Assembly (NCBI GenBank): GCA_027069855.1
Contig: JALXEF010000069.1
Span: forward strand, 1 to 63,483
Direction: 5' to 3'
DNA from: a candidate division WOR-3 bacterium
GTDB lineage: Bacteria; Hydrothermota; Hydrothermia; WGAB01
DNA length: 63,483 nt
In this document: in pieces, positions 1 to 8,089 of the stretch
Layout: every line of letters begins with the position of its first letter
Numbering within the stretch: position 1 is the stretch's first letter
Notes under the pieces: generated by a model
Told to the model about the DNA's origin: nothing
The model's database searches: none
Seen by the model: only the letters and a program-made list of their open reading frames with translations
Translations under genes and position numbers: made by a program

Positions 1-148
1 GGTTCAGGCGGGCAATGTAGGCGTCGTCCACCAGGATGACGGTGGCCTTCCGCAGGCCGTAGCGTCTCCGAAGGACCTCCAGCTTTTGTCGGATCCAGGA
101 ACACAATCCCCTGGGCACGAGGTGTGGAGGACACACTACCCGGATCAT
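1..148 (-). CDS. ybeY: Endoribonuclease YbeY, N-terminal part (runs off the window)
   Basis: Not in the ORF track. Manual minus-strand translation from ATG 148-146 gives MIRVVCPPHLVPRGLCSWIRQKLEVLRRRYGLRKATVILVDDAYIARLN, which carries the YbeY-type 'ILVDD..I..LN' N-terminal signature. Its ATG overlaps the upstream gene's stop (ATGA). The order phoH - HD protein - ybeY is canonical. Confidence 0.6.
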   Translation of the reverse strand, partial: MIRVVCPPHLVPRGLCSWIRQKLEVLRRRYGLRKATVILVDDAYIARLN

Positions 149-1407
149 GCCTGGCCCACCTCGGGGTATTCAATGCGCGGATGGAAGATCCCCTTCAGCG
201 CCTGCAGAAACGCCTCTTCAATCAGCCCCAGGTCCTTTCGGGTGAGATCGGTGTCGTCCAGCTGGCCCTCGTTCCACTTGCCCTCCAGCACCTGGTGGGT
301 CAGAGTGCGGATCTCGTACAGGGTGGGGTTTTTCAGGCTACGAATGGCGGCTTCCACGGAATCGGCCAGCATGATGAGGGCCTCCAATTTGTTGCGGGGG
401 CGGGGGCCGGGATACCGGTACGCGTCCTCCTTCACCTCCCCCTGGGACTCCAGGGCTTTGGCAAAGAAGGGGCGGATCAGGGAGGTGCCGTGGTGGGTCT
501 GGATCACCCCCACGATCTCCCGGGGCAGGCCGTACTGCTGGGCCATCTTCAGTCCTTCGGTGACATGCTCCACCAGGATCCGCACACTTTCCTCCGGGGG
601 CAGGGCGTCGTGGGGGTTTTCCGAACCCATCTGGTTTTCAATGAAAAGGTGCGGGTTTTTGAGCTTGCCGATGTCGTGGTACAGTGCAGCCACCCGGGCG
701 AGCAGGGGGTTGATGCCCAGGGCCCGGGCCGCCGCCTCGGCCAGATGCGCCACATTCAGGCTGTGGGTGAAGGTCCCGGGCGCCCGCTGTGCCAGTTCCC
801 GCAAGAGCGGCGCGTTGGTGTTGGAGAGTTCCAGGAGCAAAAAGTCTGTGGACACCTGGAAAAACCGCTCGTAAAGGGGCAGCACTCCGAGCACCAGCAG
901 GCCCGAGAGCAGGGCCGAGAACACGGTCCAGGTGGCAAGTTTCACGGGATTGGCCTGCTCCAGCCAGAGGGCGAAGGCCAGGAATCCGGCCACAGCTGCC
1001 ACGATCACCACGATGCGATAGATGGAATAGCGGTCGTGGAAGTAGGTGGCCGTGAAGGCTGCGGTCCACCCCACAAAGGTGTTGTAGATCAGCAGGTAAA
1101 ACGGGTTCAGCACCCCCTGAAGCAGGGCCGCCAGGGCTCCCGAAACCAGCAGAGACAGGAACAGCGCCGTTTCCAGGTCCAGGGTCATATGGACCATCAC
1201 AGCCAGGAAGGGGAGCAGCGTGAACATGGGATAATGGGGTGTCAACGCCAGGCCTGCGCCCAGGGGCACGGCCAGGGCCACCAGCAGGGCAGCCAGCCGG
1301 GGACGGGAGAGCGGACGCTGCTCCCGGGTAAGCCAGAAGTACAGCACCAATGCGAGGAGAAGGCCTACCTCTATCACCAAAGACACGGGGGTTAACGCGG
1401 TACTCAT
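145..1407 (-). CDS. 7TM receptor with intracellular HD hydrolase domain (PgpH-like)
   Basis: 420-aa ORF. The N-terminal half is multi-pass hydrophobic helices and the C-terminal half has HD-domain motifs (HSLNVAHLAE, LYHDIGK, QTHHG). It overlaps phoH by 4 nt. Confidence 0.8.
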   Translation of the reverse strand: MSTALTPVSLVIEVGLLLALVLYFWLTREQRPLSRPRLAALLVALAVPLGAGLALTPHYPMFTLLPFLAVMVHMTLDLETALFLSLLVSGALAALLQGVLNPFYLLIYNTFVGWTAAFTATYFHDRYSIYRIVVIVAAVAGFLAFALWLEQANPVKLATWTVFSALLSGLLVLGVLPLYERFFQVSTDFLLLELSNTNAPLLRELAQRAPGTFTHSLNVAHLAEAAARALGINPLLARVAALYHDIGKLKNPHLFIENQMGSENPHDALPPEESVRILVEHVTEGLKMAQQYGLPREIVGVIQTHHGTSLIRPFFAKALESQGEVKEDAYRYPGPRPRNKLEALIMLADSVEAAIRSLKNPTLYEIRTLTHQVLEGKWNEGQLDDTDLTRKDLGLIEEAFLQALKGIFHPRIEYPEVGQA

Positions 1408-2384
1408 TCCGTGGGTTCTCCTCCGGTGGAGGCGTCACGCTTTGCCCGCTCCCGCCGCTCGTAGGCCTCCACGATTTTGCGCACCAGTTCATGGCGCACC
1501 ACATCCTCGGGCCCGAAGTGTACAAAGACGATGCCCGGGATATCGTGCAGGATCCTCTGGATCTCCACCAGGCCCGAGTTGGATTCCCGGGGAAGATCAA
1601 TCTGGGTGATGTCCCCGGTGATCACCACCTTGGTGCGGGGCCCGATACGGGTGAGGAACATCTTCATCTGCACGGCCCGGGTGTTCTGGGCTTCGTCCAG
1701 GATCAGGAAGGCGTCCTGAAGGGTGCGGCCCCGCATATAGGCCAGGGGCGCCACCTCAATCACCCGGGTTTCCATGAGCCGGCGCACCCGGTCGGCGGGC
1801 AGCATGGAATAGAGCGCGTCATACAGGGGTGTCAAATAGGGGTTGATCTTCTCCTGGAAATCGCCGGGCAAAAAGCCCAGCGACTCGCCGGCCTCCACGG
1901 CCGGCCGGGTCAGCACGATCTTTTCCACCCGCTTTTCCAGCAGGAACTTCACGGCCATGGCCACGGCCAGGTAGGTTTTGCCCGTGCCCGCCGGGCCGAT
2001 GCCCACCACCACATGGTTCTCCAGGATGGCCCGGAGGTACCGCTCCTGGTTCGGCGTCTTGGGCACGATGTGGCGTTTGGGGGTCACGATTTCGAGCGTG
2101 GGCCCCGGCGACGAAGCGGCTACCGTTTCCTCCTGCTTCAGGCTCCGCAGGAGGTCCTGCACATCCTCTTCCAGCACATAGCCCTTTTGTTCCACTTTGC
2201 GGATCAGGTGCCGGAGCACATCCTCGGCCCGACGCACCTCCTCCTCCGGACCCTGAAGGATGATCTCCTGGCCCCGGACCACGATGGAGGCCTTCAGTGC
2301 CTGGCGGAGCGCCCGCAGGTTGCGCTCCCCCACGCCGGTAAGTCTCAGGGGCTCAATGTGCTCCAGGGTGATCCGCCGCTCCAT
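1404..2384 (-). CDS. phoH: PhoH-like ATPase
   Basis: Walker A GPAGTGKTYLAVAMAV and PhoH-family length and layout. ATG at 2384 (MERRITLEH) is preferred over the upstream TTG at 2429. Confidence 0.9.
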   Translation of the reverse strand: MERRITLEHIEPLRLTGVGERNLRALRQALKASIVVRGQEIILQGPEEEVRRAEDVLRHLIRKVEQKGYVLEEDVQDLLRSLKQEETVAASSPGPTLEIVTPKRHIVPKTPNQERYLRAILENHVVVGIGPAGTGKTYLAVAMAVKFLLEKRVEKIVLTRPAVEAGESLGFLPGDFQEKINPYLTPLYDALYSMLPADRVRRLMETRVIEVAPLAYMRGRTLQDAFLILDEAQNTRAVQMKMFLTRIGPRTKVVITGDITQIDLPRESNSGLVEIQRILHDIPGIVFVHFGPEDVVRHELVRKIVEAYERRERAKRDASTGGEPTE

Positions 2385-2462
2385 GACCGTGCTTTCGGAT
2401 TGTAATGCAAAACGGCCCTCCCCACGCAAGGAAGGGCAGGGAGGGCCGTAAGATGCTCGGGA

Positions 2463-3062
2463 TCAATCCCGGGGGATTTCCAGGACCTGCCCCGGATAGA
2501 TGAGGTCAGGATCCCGGATCTTGTCGCGGTTGGCCTCGTAAATCCGGGTCCACATCCGGGGGTTGTTGTAAATCCAGGTGAACCCGGCGATCTTCCACAG
2601 GTTGTCGCCCGGAATCACCTCAATGGACTTCTCAATGCCGTGGGGGATGTAGAGCACCCAGCCCGGATAGATCAGGTTCGGATCCTTGATCTTGTCGCGG
2701 TTCGCCCGGTAGATCCGCGGCCAGGCTTTGGGGTTGTTGTAGATGTACCGCATGCCGGCGATCTTGGAAAGATAGTCGCCCCGCTGCACCGTGTACTCGC
2801 TGGGGTACTTGGCGATTTCCGCCTTCAACTGCTCAATCTCCTGCCGCAGTGCCTGCTCTTTGGGGTTCAGGTTGTTCACCTGGGCCTGTACCTGCTCCAG
2901 TTCCTTCTGAAGGCTCTGGATTTTGGCCTGGAGTTGCTGCAGGTCGGTCTGACAGGCCTGCAACTGCTGCTGGGCCTCCTCCTCGGTGAGCTTCTTGCCT
3001 TCCTCAGCCCAGGCCACCGACACCGTCAAAACCAGGGGAAGAATCCATGCGATCCGTTTCAT
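2463..3062 (-). CDS. Secreted coiled-coil protein with two LysM peptidoglycan-binding repeats
   Basis: Internal ATG at 3062 is preceded by GGAGG. Signal peptide MKRIAWILPLVLTVSVAWA, a Q/L-rich heptad segment, then two LysM-like repeats (YTVQRGDYLSKIAG...IYPGWVLYIP and IPGDNLWKIAG...IYPGQVLEIP). Confidence 0.8.
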   Translation of the reverse strand: MKRIAWILPLVLTVSVAWAEEGKKLTEEEAQQQLQACQTDLQQLQAKIQSLQKELEQVQAQVNNLNPKEQALRQEIEQLKAEIAKYPSEYTVQRGDYLSKIAGMRYIYNNPKAWPRIYRANRDKIKDPNLIYPGWVLYIPHGIEKSIEVIPGDNLWKIAGFTWIYNNPRMWTRIYEANRDKIRDPDLIYPGQVLEIPRD

Positions 3063-3073
3063 GGCCAACCTCC

Positions 3074-3349
3074 TCAGTACCCTTGCTCCAGAATCTGGAG
3101 CCACTGGTTCAGGGAATCGCGTTCGGCCTGCAGTTGCTGAATCTCCTGTTGTTTCGCGGGAATCTGCTTTTTGAGCTGGGCAATCTGGGCTTCCAGGTCC
3201 GCGATCTTCTGGCGCGCGCTGGCCACCGCCTGCTGGCACTCTTCAATCTGGTTCAGGGTCTCCTGGCTCGCCATCTTTGGGCCACAGCCCGTCGTCGCCA
3301 CCATGGCAAAGGCAATCGCCAGGGGCAGACTCCACCAAAGCCGTTTCAT
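3074..3349 (-). CDS. Small coiled-coil lipoprotein
   Basis: ATG at 3349 follows GGAGG. Signal peptide plus lipobox MKRLWWSLPLAIAFAMVATTGC. The rest is Q/E/L-rich heptad sequence (IADLEAQIAQLKKQIPAKQQEIQQLQAERD). Confidence 0.6.
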   Translation of the reverse strand: MKRLWWSLPLAIAFAMVATTGCGPKMASQETLNQIEECQQAVASARQKIADLEAQIAQLKKQIPAKQQEIQQLQAERDSLNQWLQILEQGY

Positions 3350-3405
3350 CCGGTAACCTCCTTCTCGTTGGCTTGGGATCAACAAAAACCCCGGCTCGGT
3401 GCGTA

Positions 3406-3434
3406 GTTATACATGGCCCCATCAGGGATGTCAA
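3406..3434 (-). promoter_or_regulatory. Sigma70-type promoter for the lipoprotein/LysM genes
   Basis: The minus strand reads TTGACA (3434-3429), a 17-nt spacer, then TATAAC (3411-3406), about 55 nt upstream of ATG 3349. Confidence 0.45.
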
Positions 3435-3640
3435 GCAACCCGAGGAGTAGATGAGCCAGGACATGGTGACCCACCCCAGATACTGGAGATAGACCTACCT
3501 CGCGTACCGGACCTTTAAGCGCCGGGCAGATTCTCAAAATGCGCAACTCTCTTCCCGAAGGTGAGTGAAGGGAGCAACTTAGGAGAAGAGGGACACCGCA
3601 ATGTTTTGTTACAGCCACCACAACTCCATACCCTCACCAT
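3430..3640. repeat. Noncoding repeat copy A (paralogue of 5666-5846)
   Basis: Shares ordered blocks with copy B: gtcaag, gacatggt, actgga, tagacc, taccgga, aagcgc, cagattct, aaaatgcgc, tctct, caatg, tttgtta, cctcacca. No conserved reading frame. Confidence 0.6.
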
Positions 3641-3995
3641 AAGATAGCCTTAAGGCACAGAATTGTGGAGACCTACTGGGATCAGGAATCCTCGGGGAAA
3701 CCAGCCCAGAAGGCTATGCATTCTATTTTTCTAGTTAGGTTTCCTAAAAGGATCTAACGCTATCAGAGAAAGGGTTGGGAGTTGCAAGGAAGGGACTTGA
3801 CACATTTTTAGATGTTGTGGTTTCAACGCCCGTCTCTACGGCAGCAGCAGTAGTACCGAAGTATGGAACGACCACAGTTAGGTGGGAATTGGAGGACAGT
3901 ATTTAGATTGTCCCCGGTAATCTTTACTTAAACATAAAGAGGAAAATTGAAAAGACCGACTTAGCTGGAAAACTATTCCATTGATACAAAGTTTT

Positions 3996-5585
3996 TTAGA
4001 ATTTGTTTATAATAATTTCGTCCAAAAGTACTGACTCCACTGAGTTATTATTAATCACTAGCATGCCTTCATAAACGTTAGAAGGAATATAAAAATAAGG
4101 AGGGGACCAAAAAGTCCAATCGTCAGTTTTAAAGCACGGATGGTACTCCAAGGTGTCTCCGCTGGGCTGCGTAATAAATTTGACATCTATAAAAACACTA
4201 TCAATCTTACCCTTACTTCGGAGCCTCTCCATTCTTCCCCATAGACCAAAGACAACATACCCTGGGGAATGGATTGCGAATTTCTGCTTGATTTCACCAG
4301 TCGGCCGTAACTTAAAAGAGTAAGCACCATAATAAGACTTTTTGGATATTTCCACACTATCATTTGTGACCCAAAACTCAGTGTTTCTTTCAGCCCCTCC
4401 GTTATTTAAGAGATTCGTGAAATTCGAAATCAAATAGTGGTCTCCCCACCCGGGATAGGCCCTGAGATCGTGGTGGGTCAGTGGTCCATTTCCTTTAACC
4501 AAAACTCTAATCGTATCTGAAATCTCTGGATGGTAATATGGACTCTTAGGGAGATGGACATTTTCGAGGATTAGCCCTCTATCTATATCCCCATTCAAAT
4601 AGATAAGTGCTTTTTTGATAGTGTCTTGGCCAGATACCACTAACACAGAATTTGTTAAAACTAACATTGGAGAATGTTTAAAAATACCACAGACAGTATC
4701 TGGCCCGAGGACTACGAATCTTCCTAAGGGGGGAGTTTTTCCAGGATTCTCAAAATGAGACCTACTTACAAAAACCGAAGCATCTCCCATTACTTTAAGA
4801 GAATTATTTAAGAATGACGAGCCGCTAAAGTGAAATTCTCCTGTTTTTATCAGAGTTATACCACCCGAAAGTAGCGAGTTTGAAATTCTCATATTTTCTC
4901 CAAACTCAAAGTCATGGAATGCTGTGCATTCATCTACCATAAAAGTCGTATCGTTCCTGTAGAATCTGCAATCATCAAAATGCGTTCTCCACACATGGTT
5001 TCCAAAAAGAACACCCACTGGAAAGTTTGATATGGTAAGTTTTTTGAGCAGCACATAGGCAATTCTTGCTGCATCAAAAGAACAATGTTTTTTTGATCCG
5101 AGGTATATACCAACTCGTACTGTTCTTCTCGTGTCAGCAACCAGGGTGATGTCTTTAATCATCCCCAATTCCTTTCCCCATAGATTTGAGCCATAGGCCC
5201 CACAGAACCGCGCACTTGACTGGATAAAAATCAAATTATCTCCACAGGTATCTGGGCTAAAATACGTGGCTGGCCTCAGTATCGCACCTCTTCCTATTAT
5301 TCTTAGTGAATAAATGTTAATATTTAATGGCTTGTCTAATATATATATGCCGGGTCTCAAATAGAGAGTAAGAACAGGAATGGATTTTGAAGCTGTGTCT
5401 GTGCCCATAGAATCACTAAATCTCTCAACCCATTTATTAAGAGAATCAATAGCGGCCTGTAATGCATCAGAGTCCGAAAAATGGTCATTTGGAAATGCTC
5501 CAAAACTATCAGCATAATACTCCACAACCTCTGGTCGGAATGTGGGATATGCCATAAGAAATACTAAGATAGGCACGAAATTCAT
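3996..5585 (-). CDS. Right-handed beta-helix protein (pectate-lyase-3 / tailspike-like putative polysaccharide depolymerase) with N-terminal membrane anchor
   Basis: 529-aa ORF in ~35% GC DNA. SD AGGAGGTGA lies 3 nt before the ATG. The hydrophobic N-terminus is FVPILVFLMAY. Then comes the SDSDALQAAIDSL ... LYLRPGIYILDKPLNINIYSLRIIGRG pattern typical of Pectate_lyase_3 N-termini, followed by repetitive short beta-strand-like segments. Confidence 0.7.
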   Translation of the reverse strand: MNFVPILVFLMAYPTFRPEVVEYYADSFGAFPNDHFSDSDALQAAIDSLNKWVERFSDSMGTDTASKSIPVLTLYLRPGIYILDKPLNINIYSLRIIGRGAILRPATYFSPDTCGDNLIFIQSSARFCGAYGSNLWGKELGMIKDITLVADTRRTVRVGIYLGSKKHCSFDAARIAYVLLKKLTISNFPVGVLFGNHVWRTHFDDCRFYRNDTTFMVDECTAFHDFEFGENMRISNSLLSGGITLIKTGEFHFSGSSFLNNSLKVMGDASVFVSRSHFENPGKTPPLGRFVVLGPDTVCGIFKHSPMLVLTNSVLVVSGQDTIKKALIYLNGDIDRGLILENVHLPKSPYYHPEISDTIRVLVKGNGPLTHHDLRAYPGWGDHYLISNFTNLLNNGGAERNTEFWVTNDSVEISKKSYYGAYSFKLRPTGEIKQKFAIHSPGYVVFGLWGRMERLRSKGKIDSVFIDVKFITQPSGDTLEYHPCFKTDDWTFWSPPYFYIPSNVYEGMLVINNNSVESVLLDEIIINKF

Positions 5586-5614
5586 AAATCACCTCCTCTT
5601 TTTCTCTGGTCTGC

Positions 5615-5620
5615 ATTATA
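5615..5620 (-). promoter_or_regulatory. Candidate -10 box (TATAAT) for the island gene
   Basis: Minus-strand TATAAT lies about 30 nt upstream of ATG 5585. No good -35 sits at 17 nt. Confidence 0.35.
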
Positions 5621-5665
5621 AGGCAGATGCTCCAGGGCATGGAGATCTTCCTATTTCACCGGCGT

Positions 5666-5846
5666 GTCAAGACATGGTTCCCCCAGGGACTGGATCTAGA
5701 CCCTACCGGATACCTGTCCCTAAAGCGCTGGACAGATTCTTAAAAATGCGCGGAATCTCTCCAGTAGTTGGACAGATGGAACTACATGGGAACAAGGAAA
5801 CCACAATGCTTTGTTATGGCTACTCCCAACTTTTCTCCTCACCACA
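5666..5846. repeat. Noncoding repeat copy B (paralogue of 3430-3640)
   Basis: Same ordered blocks as copy A. The listed 112-aa ORF 5542-5880 has no counterpart in copy A, where stops occur in that frame. Confidence 0.6.
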
Positions 5847-6105
5847 GCGGGGACAAATAGTCCTAACTTTCAGGTTTTAAGGATCGTAGAAACGAGTGTG
5901 GGCGTCTTCGGGAGACAGCGTGGATTTTCATCAGACCAACTACTCTCGAGATCAACGAAGAAGTACAGTCTGTGCGAGAAACGGTGAGCGAGTGAAGACT
6001 TATAGCACTATGAAACTGAAAGTCCTAAATGTAACAGACCAAGCAAAGACAACCCTATTCCGAATCCTGAAGTATACTTTGAGGACACGCAAAAGGAGGC
6101 TTTTC

Positions 6106-7182
6106 ATGCACACCAAACTCTTCATTCCAGGGCCCACCGAGGTACGGGAAGAGGTGCTCCAGGCCCAAACCCATCCCATGATCGGGCACCGGTCCCAGGC
6201 GTTCTCCGAACTCTTTGAAAGCGTGACCGAAACCCTGAGAAACCTGCTCCAAACCCGGGCCGAGGTGCTGATCTTCACCTCCTCGGCCACCGGGGTGATG
6301 GAAGGCGCGATGCGGAACCTGGTGAACCGTCGGCTTCTTTCCACCATCAACGGCGCCTTCTCTCAGCGATGGGCCCAGATCGCCCGCGCCAACGGCAAGG
6401 AAGTGGATACCATAGAGGTCGCCTGGGGCAAGGCCGTCAAGCCCGAGATGCTCGCCGAAAAACTGCAACCCGGCAAGTACGAAGCCGTGCTCCTCACCCA
6501 CAACGAAACCTCCACAGGCGTCATGAACCCCATCGCTGAACTGGCCCAGGTGGTCCGCGAAAAGAGCCCCGATACACTGATTTTGGTGGACGCGGTCAGC
6601 TCCCTGATGGGGGCGCCGATCGACTTTGATGGCTGGGGGCTGGACGTGGTGCTGGCCAGCACCCAGAAGTGCTTTGCCCTGCCCCCGGGGCTCACCGTGA
6701 CCCTGGTGAGCGAACGCGCCCTGAAAAAGGCCGAAACCGTGGAGCATCGGGGCTATTACTTCGACTTTTTGCTGCAGCGGCGGTACTACCAGGAACGCCA
6801 CCAGACGCCGGCCACCCCGGCCATCTCCCTGCTCTACGCTCTGCAGTACCAGCTGCAGCGGATCCAGGAGGAAACCCTGGAGCGCCGCTACGCCCGACAC
6901 CGGGAAATGGCCGAGATCGCCCGCGCCTGGGCCCGCAAGTACTTTGCCCTGTTTGCAGAACCCGGCTACGAGTCGCCCACGGTTACCACGATCACCAACA
7001 CCCGGGGGATTTCCGTAAAGGACCTGAACCAGGCTTTGGCCCAGCGGGGCTTCACCCTTTCCAACGGCTACGGCAAACTCAAGGAGAAAACCTTCCGCAT
7101 CGGCCATATGGGCGACCTCACCCCCGGGGAACTCCGGGAACTCCTGGCCGCCATCAACGACATCCTGAACCTGGAGGCCTGA
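6106..7182 (+). CDS. Class V pyridoxal-phosphate aminotransferase (phosphoserine / serine-glyoxylate aminotransferase type)
   Basis: ATG 6106 is preceded by AAAGGAGG. The sequence starts MHTKLFIPGPTEV and contains the STQKC lysine motif. It sits next to serA. The upstream 70 codons of the track ORF lie in the low-GC noncoding flank. Confidence 0.9.
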   Translation: MHTKLFIPGPTEVREEVLQAQTHPMIGHRSQAFSELFESVTETLRNLLQTRAEVLIFTSSATGVMEGAMRNLVNRRLLSTINGAFSQRWAQIARANGKEVDTIEVAWGKAVKPEMLAEKLQPGKYEAVLLTHNETSTGVMNPIAELAQVVREKSPDTLILVDAVSSLMGAPIDFDGWGLDVVLASTQKCFALPPGLTVTLVSERALKKAETVEHRGYYFDFLLQRRYYQERHQTPATPAISLLYALQYQLQRIQEETLERRYARHREMAEIARAWARKYFALFAEPGYESPTVTTITNTRGISVKDLNQALAQRGFTLSNGYGKLKEKTFRIGHMGDLTPGELRELLAAINDILNLEA

Positions 7183-7183
7183 G

Positions 7184-8089
7184 ATGGCCCGCATCCTGAT
7201 CACCGACCCCATCGCCGAAGAGGGCGTGGCACTCCTCAAGCAGGCGGGCCACGAGGTGGTGGTGCAACCCGAGTGGAAGGGCAACCTCCTGAAGGAACAC
7301 ATCGGCGCGTACGAGGTGCTCATCGTGCGGAGCGCCACCCGGGTAACCGCCGACATCCTGAGGGCCGGCAAACACCTACGCATCGTGGGCCGGGCCGGCG
7401 TGGGCCTGGACAACATTGATGTGGACACCGCCCGAAAACTCGGCATCCAGGTGGTGAACACGCCCGGCGCCACCACCATCGCCGTGGCCGAACTTACCGT
7501 GGCCATGATCCTGGCCTGCCTCCGGCATCTTTGCGCGGCCCACGCCTCCATGCAGCAGGGCCGATGGGACAAAAAGGCCCTCAAGGGCGCCGAACTCTAC
7601 GGAAAAACCGTGGGCATCATCGGCTGCGGCCGCATCGGCCAGGCCGTGGCGCAGCGGCTCCAGGCCTTCGGCTGCCGGATCCTGGGCTACGACCCCGTGG
7701 TACAGGAGGCCCCGGGGATCCGGCTGGTGCCCCTGGAAACCCTGCTGCGGGAATCCCAGATCGTCACGCTCCATGTCCCTCTGACCGAGGAAACCCGGCA
7801 CCTGCTGCGGCGGGACACCCTGAGCCTTCTGCCCCGGGGCGCCATCGTGGTGAACACGGCCCGCGGCGGTGTGATCAAGGAAGAGGACCTACTGGAGTTC
7901 CTGGAAACCGGCCATATCGCCTGTGCCGCCCTGGATGTCTATGAAGCCGAGCCCCTGCCTCCGGACCATCCCCTGCGCCGTTCCCCAAAGGTGCTCCTCA
8001 CCCCGCACATCGGCGCCCAAACCCGGGAGGGCCAGGTACGGGCGGCCGTGGACCTGGCCCGGAAGATCGTAGACCTCCTGAAGTCATGA
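7184..8089 (+). CDS. serA: D-3-phosphoglycerate dehydrogenase / D-isomer-specific 2-hydroxyacid dehydrogenase (short form, no ACT domain)
   Basis: NAD-binding motif GIIGCGRIGQAV and catalytic region TPHIGA. It lies 2 nt after the aminotransferase gene. Confidence 0.75.
   Translation: MARILITDPIAEEGVALLKQAGHEVVVQPEWKGNLLKEHIGAYEVLIVRSATRVTADILRAGKHLRIVGRAGVGLDNIDVDTARKLGIQVVNTPGATTIAVAELTVAMILACLRHLCAAHASMQQGRWDKKALKGAELYGKTVGIIGCGRIGQAVAQRLQAFGCRILGYDPVVQEAPGIRLVPLETLLRESQIVTLHVPLTEETRHLLRRDTLSLLPRGAIVVNTARGGVIKEEDLLEFLETGHIACAALDVYEAEPLPPDHPLRRSPKVLLTPHIGAQTREGQVRAAVDLARKIVDLLKS

Noticed and set aside
3379-3621. 80-aa minus-strand ORF, and the 112-aa plus-strand ORF 5542-5880, inside the island-flanking repeats
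   Set aside because: The two repeat copies do not conserve either reading frame. Stops appear in the other copy and substitutions are not biased toward synonymous changes. The repeats are therefore treated as noncoding.
5666-5671. The CTTGACA in repeat copy B as a -35 box for the island gene
   Set aside because: No -10-like hexamer lies 16-18 nt downstream. The only TATAAT (5620-5615) is 44 nt away, so this TTGACA is probably conserved as part of the repeat rather than as a promoter element in copy B.
5896-6105. 70-codon upstream extension of the aminotransferase ORF
   Set aside because: It lies in low-GC noncoding flank sequence. The canonical MHTKLFIPGPTEV start at 6106 has an AAAGGAGG SD.
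3400-6105. The island as a classical tRNA-targeted integrative element or IS/transposon
   Set aside because: The window contains no integrase, transposase, terminal inverted repeats or tRNA fragment. The flanking repeats are too diverged and too long to be fresh att duplications.
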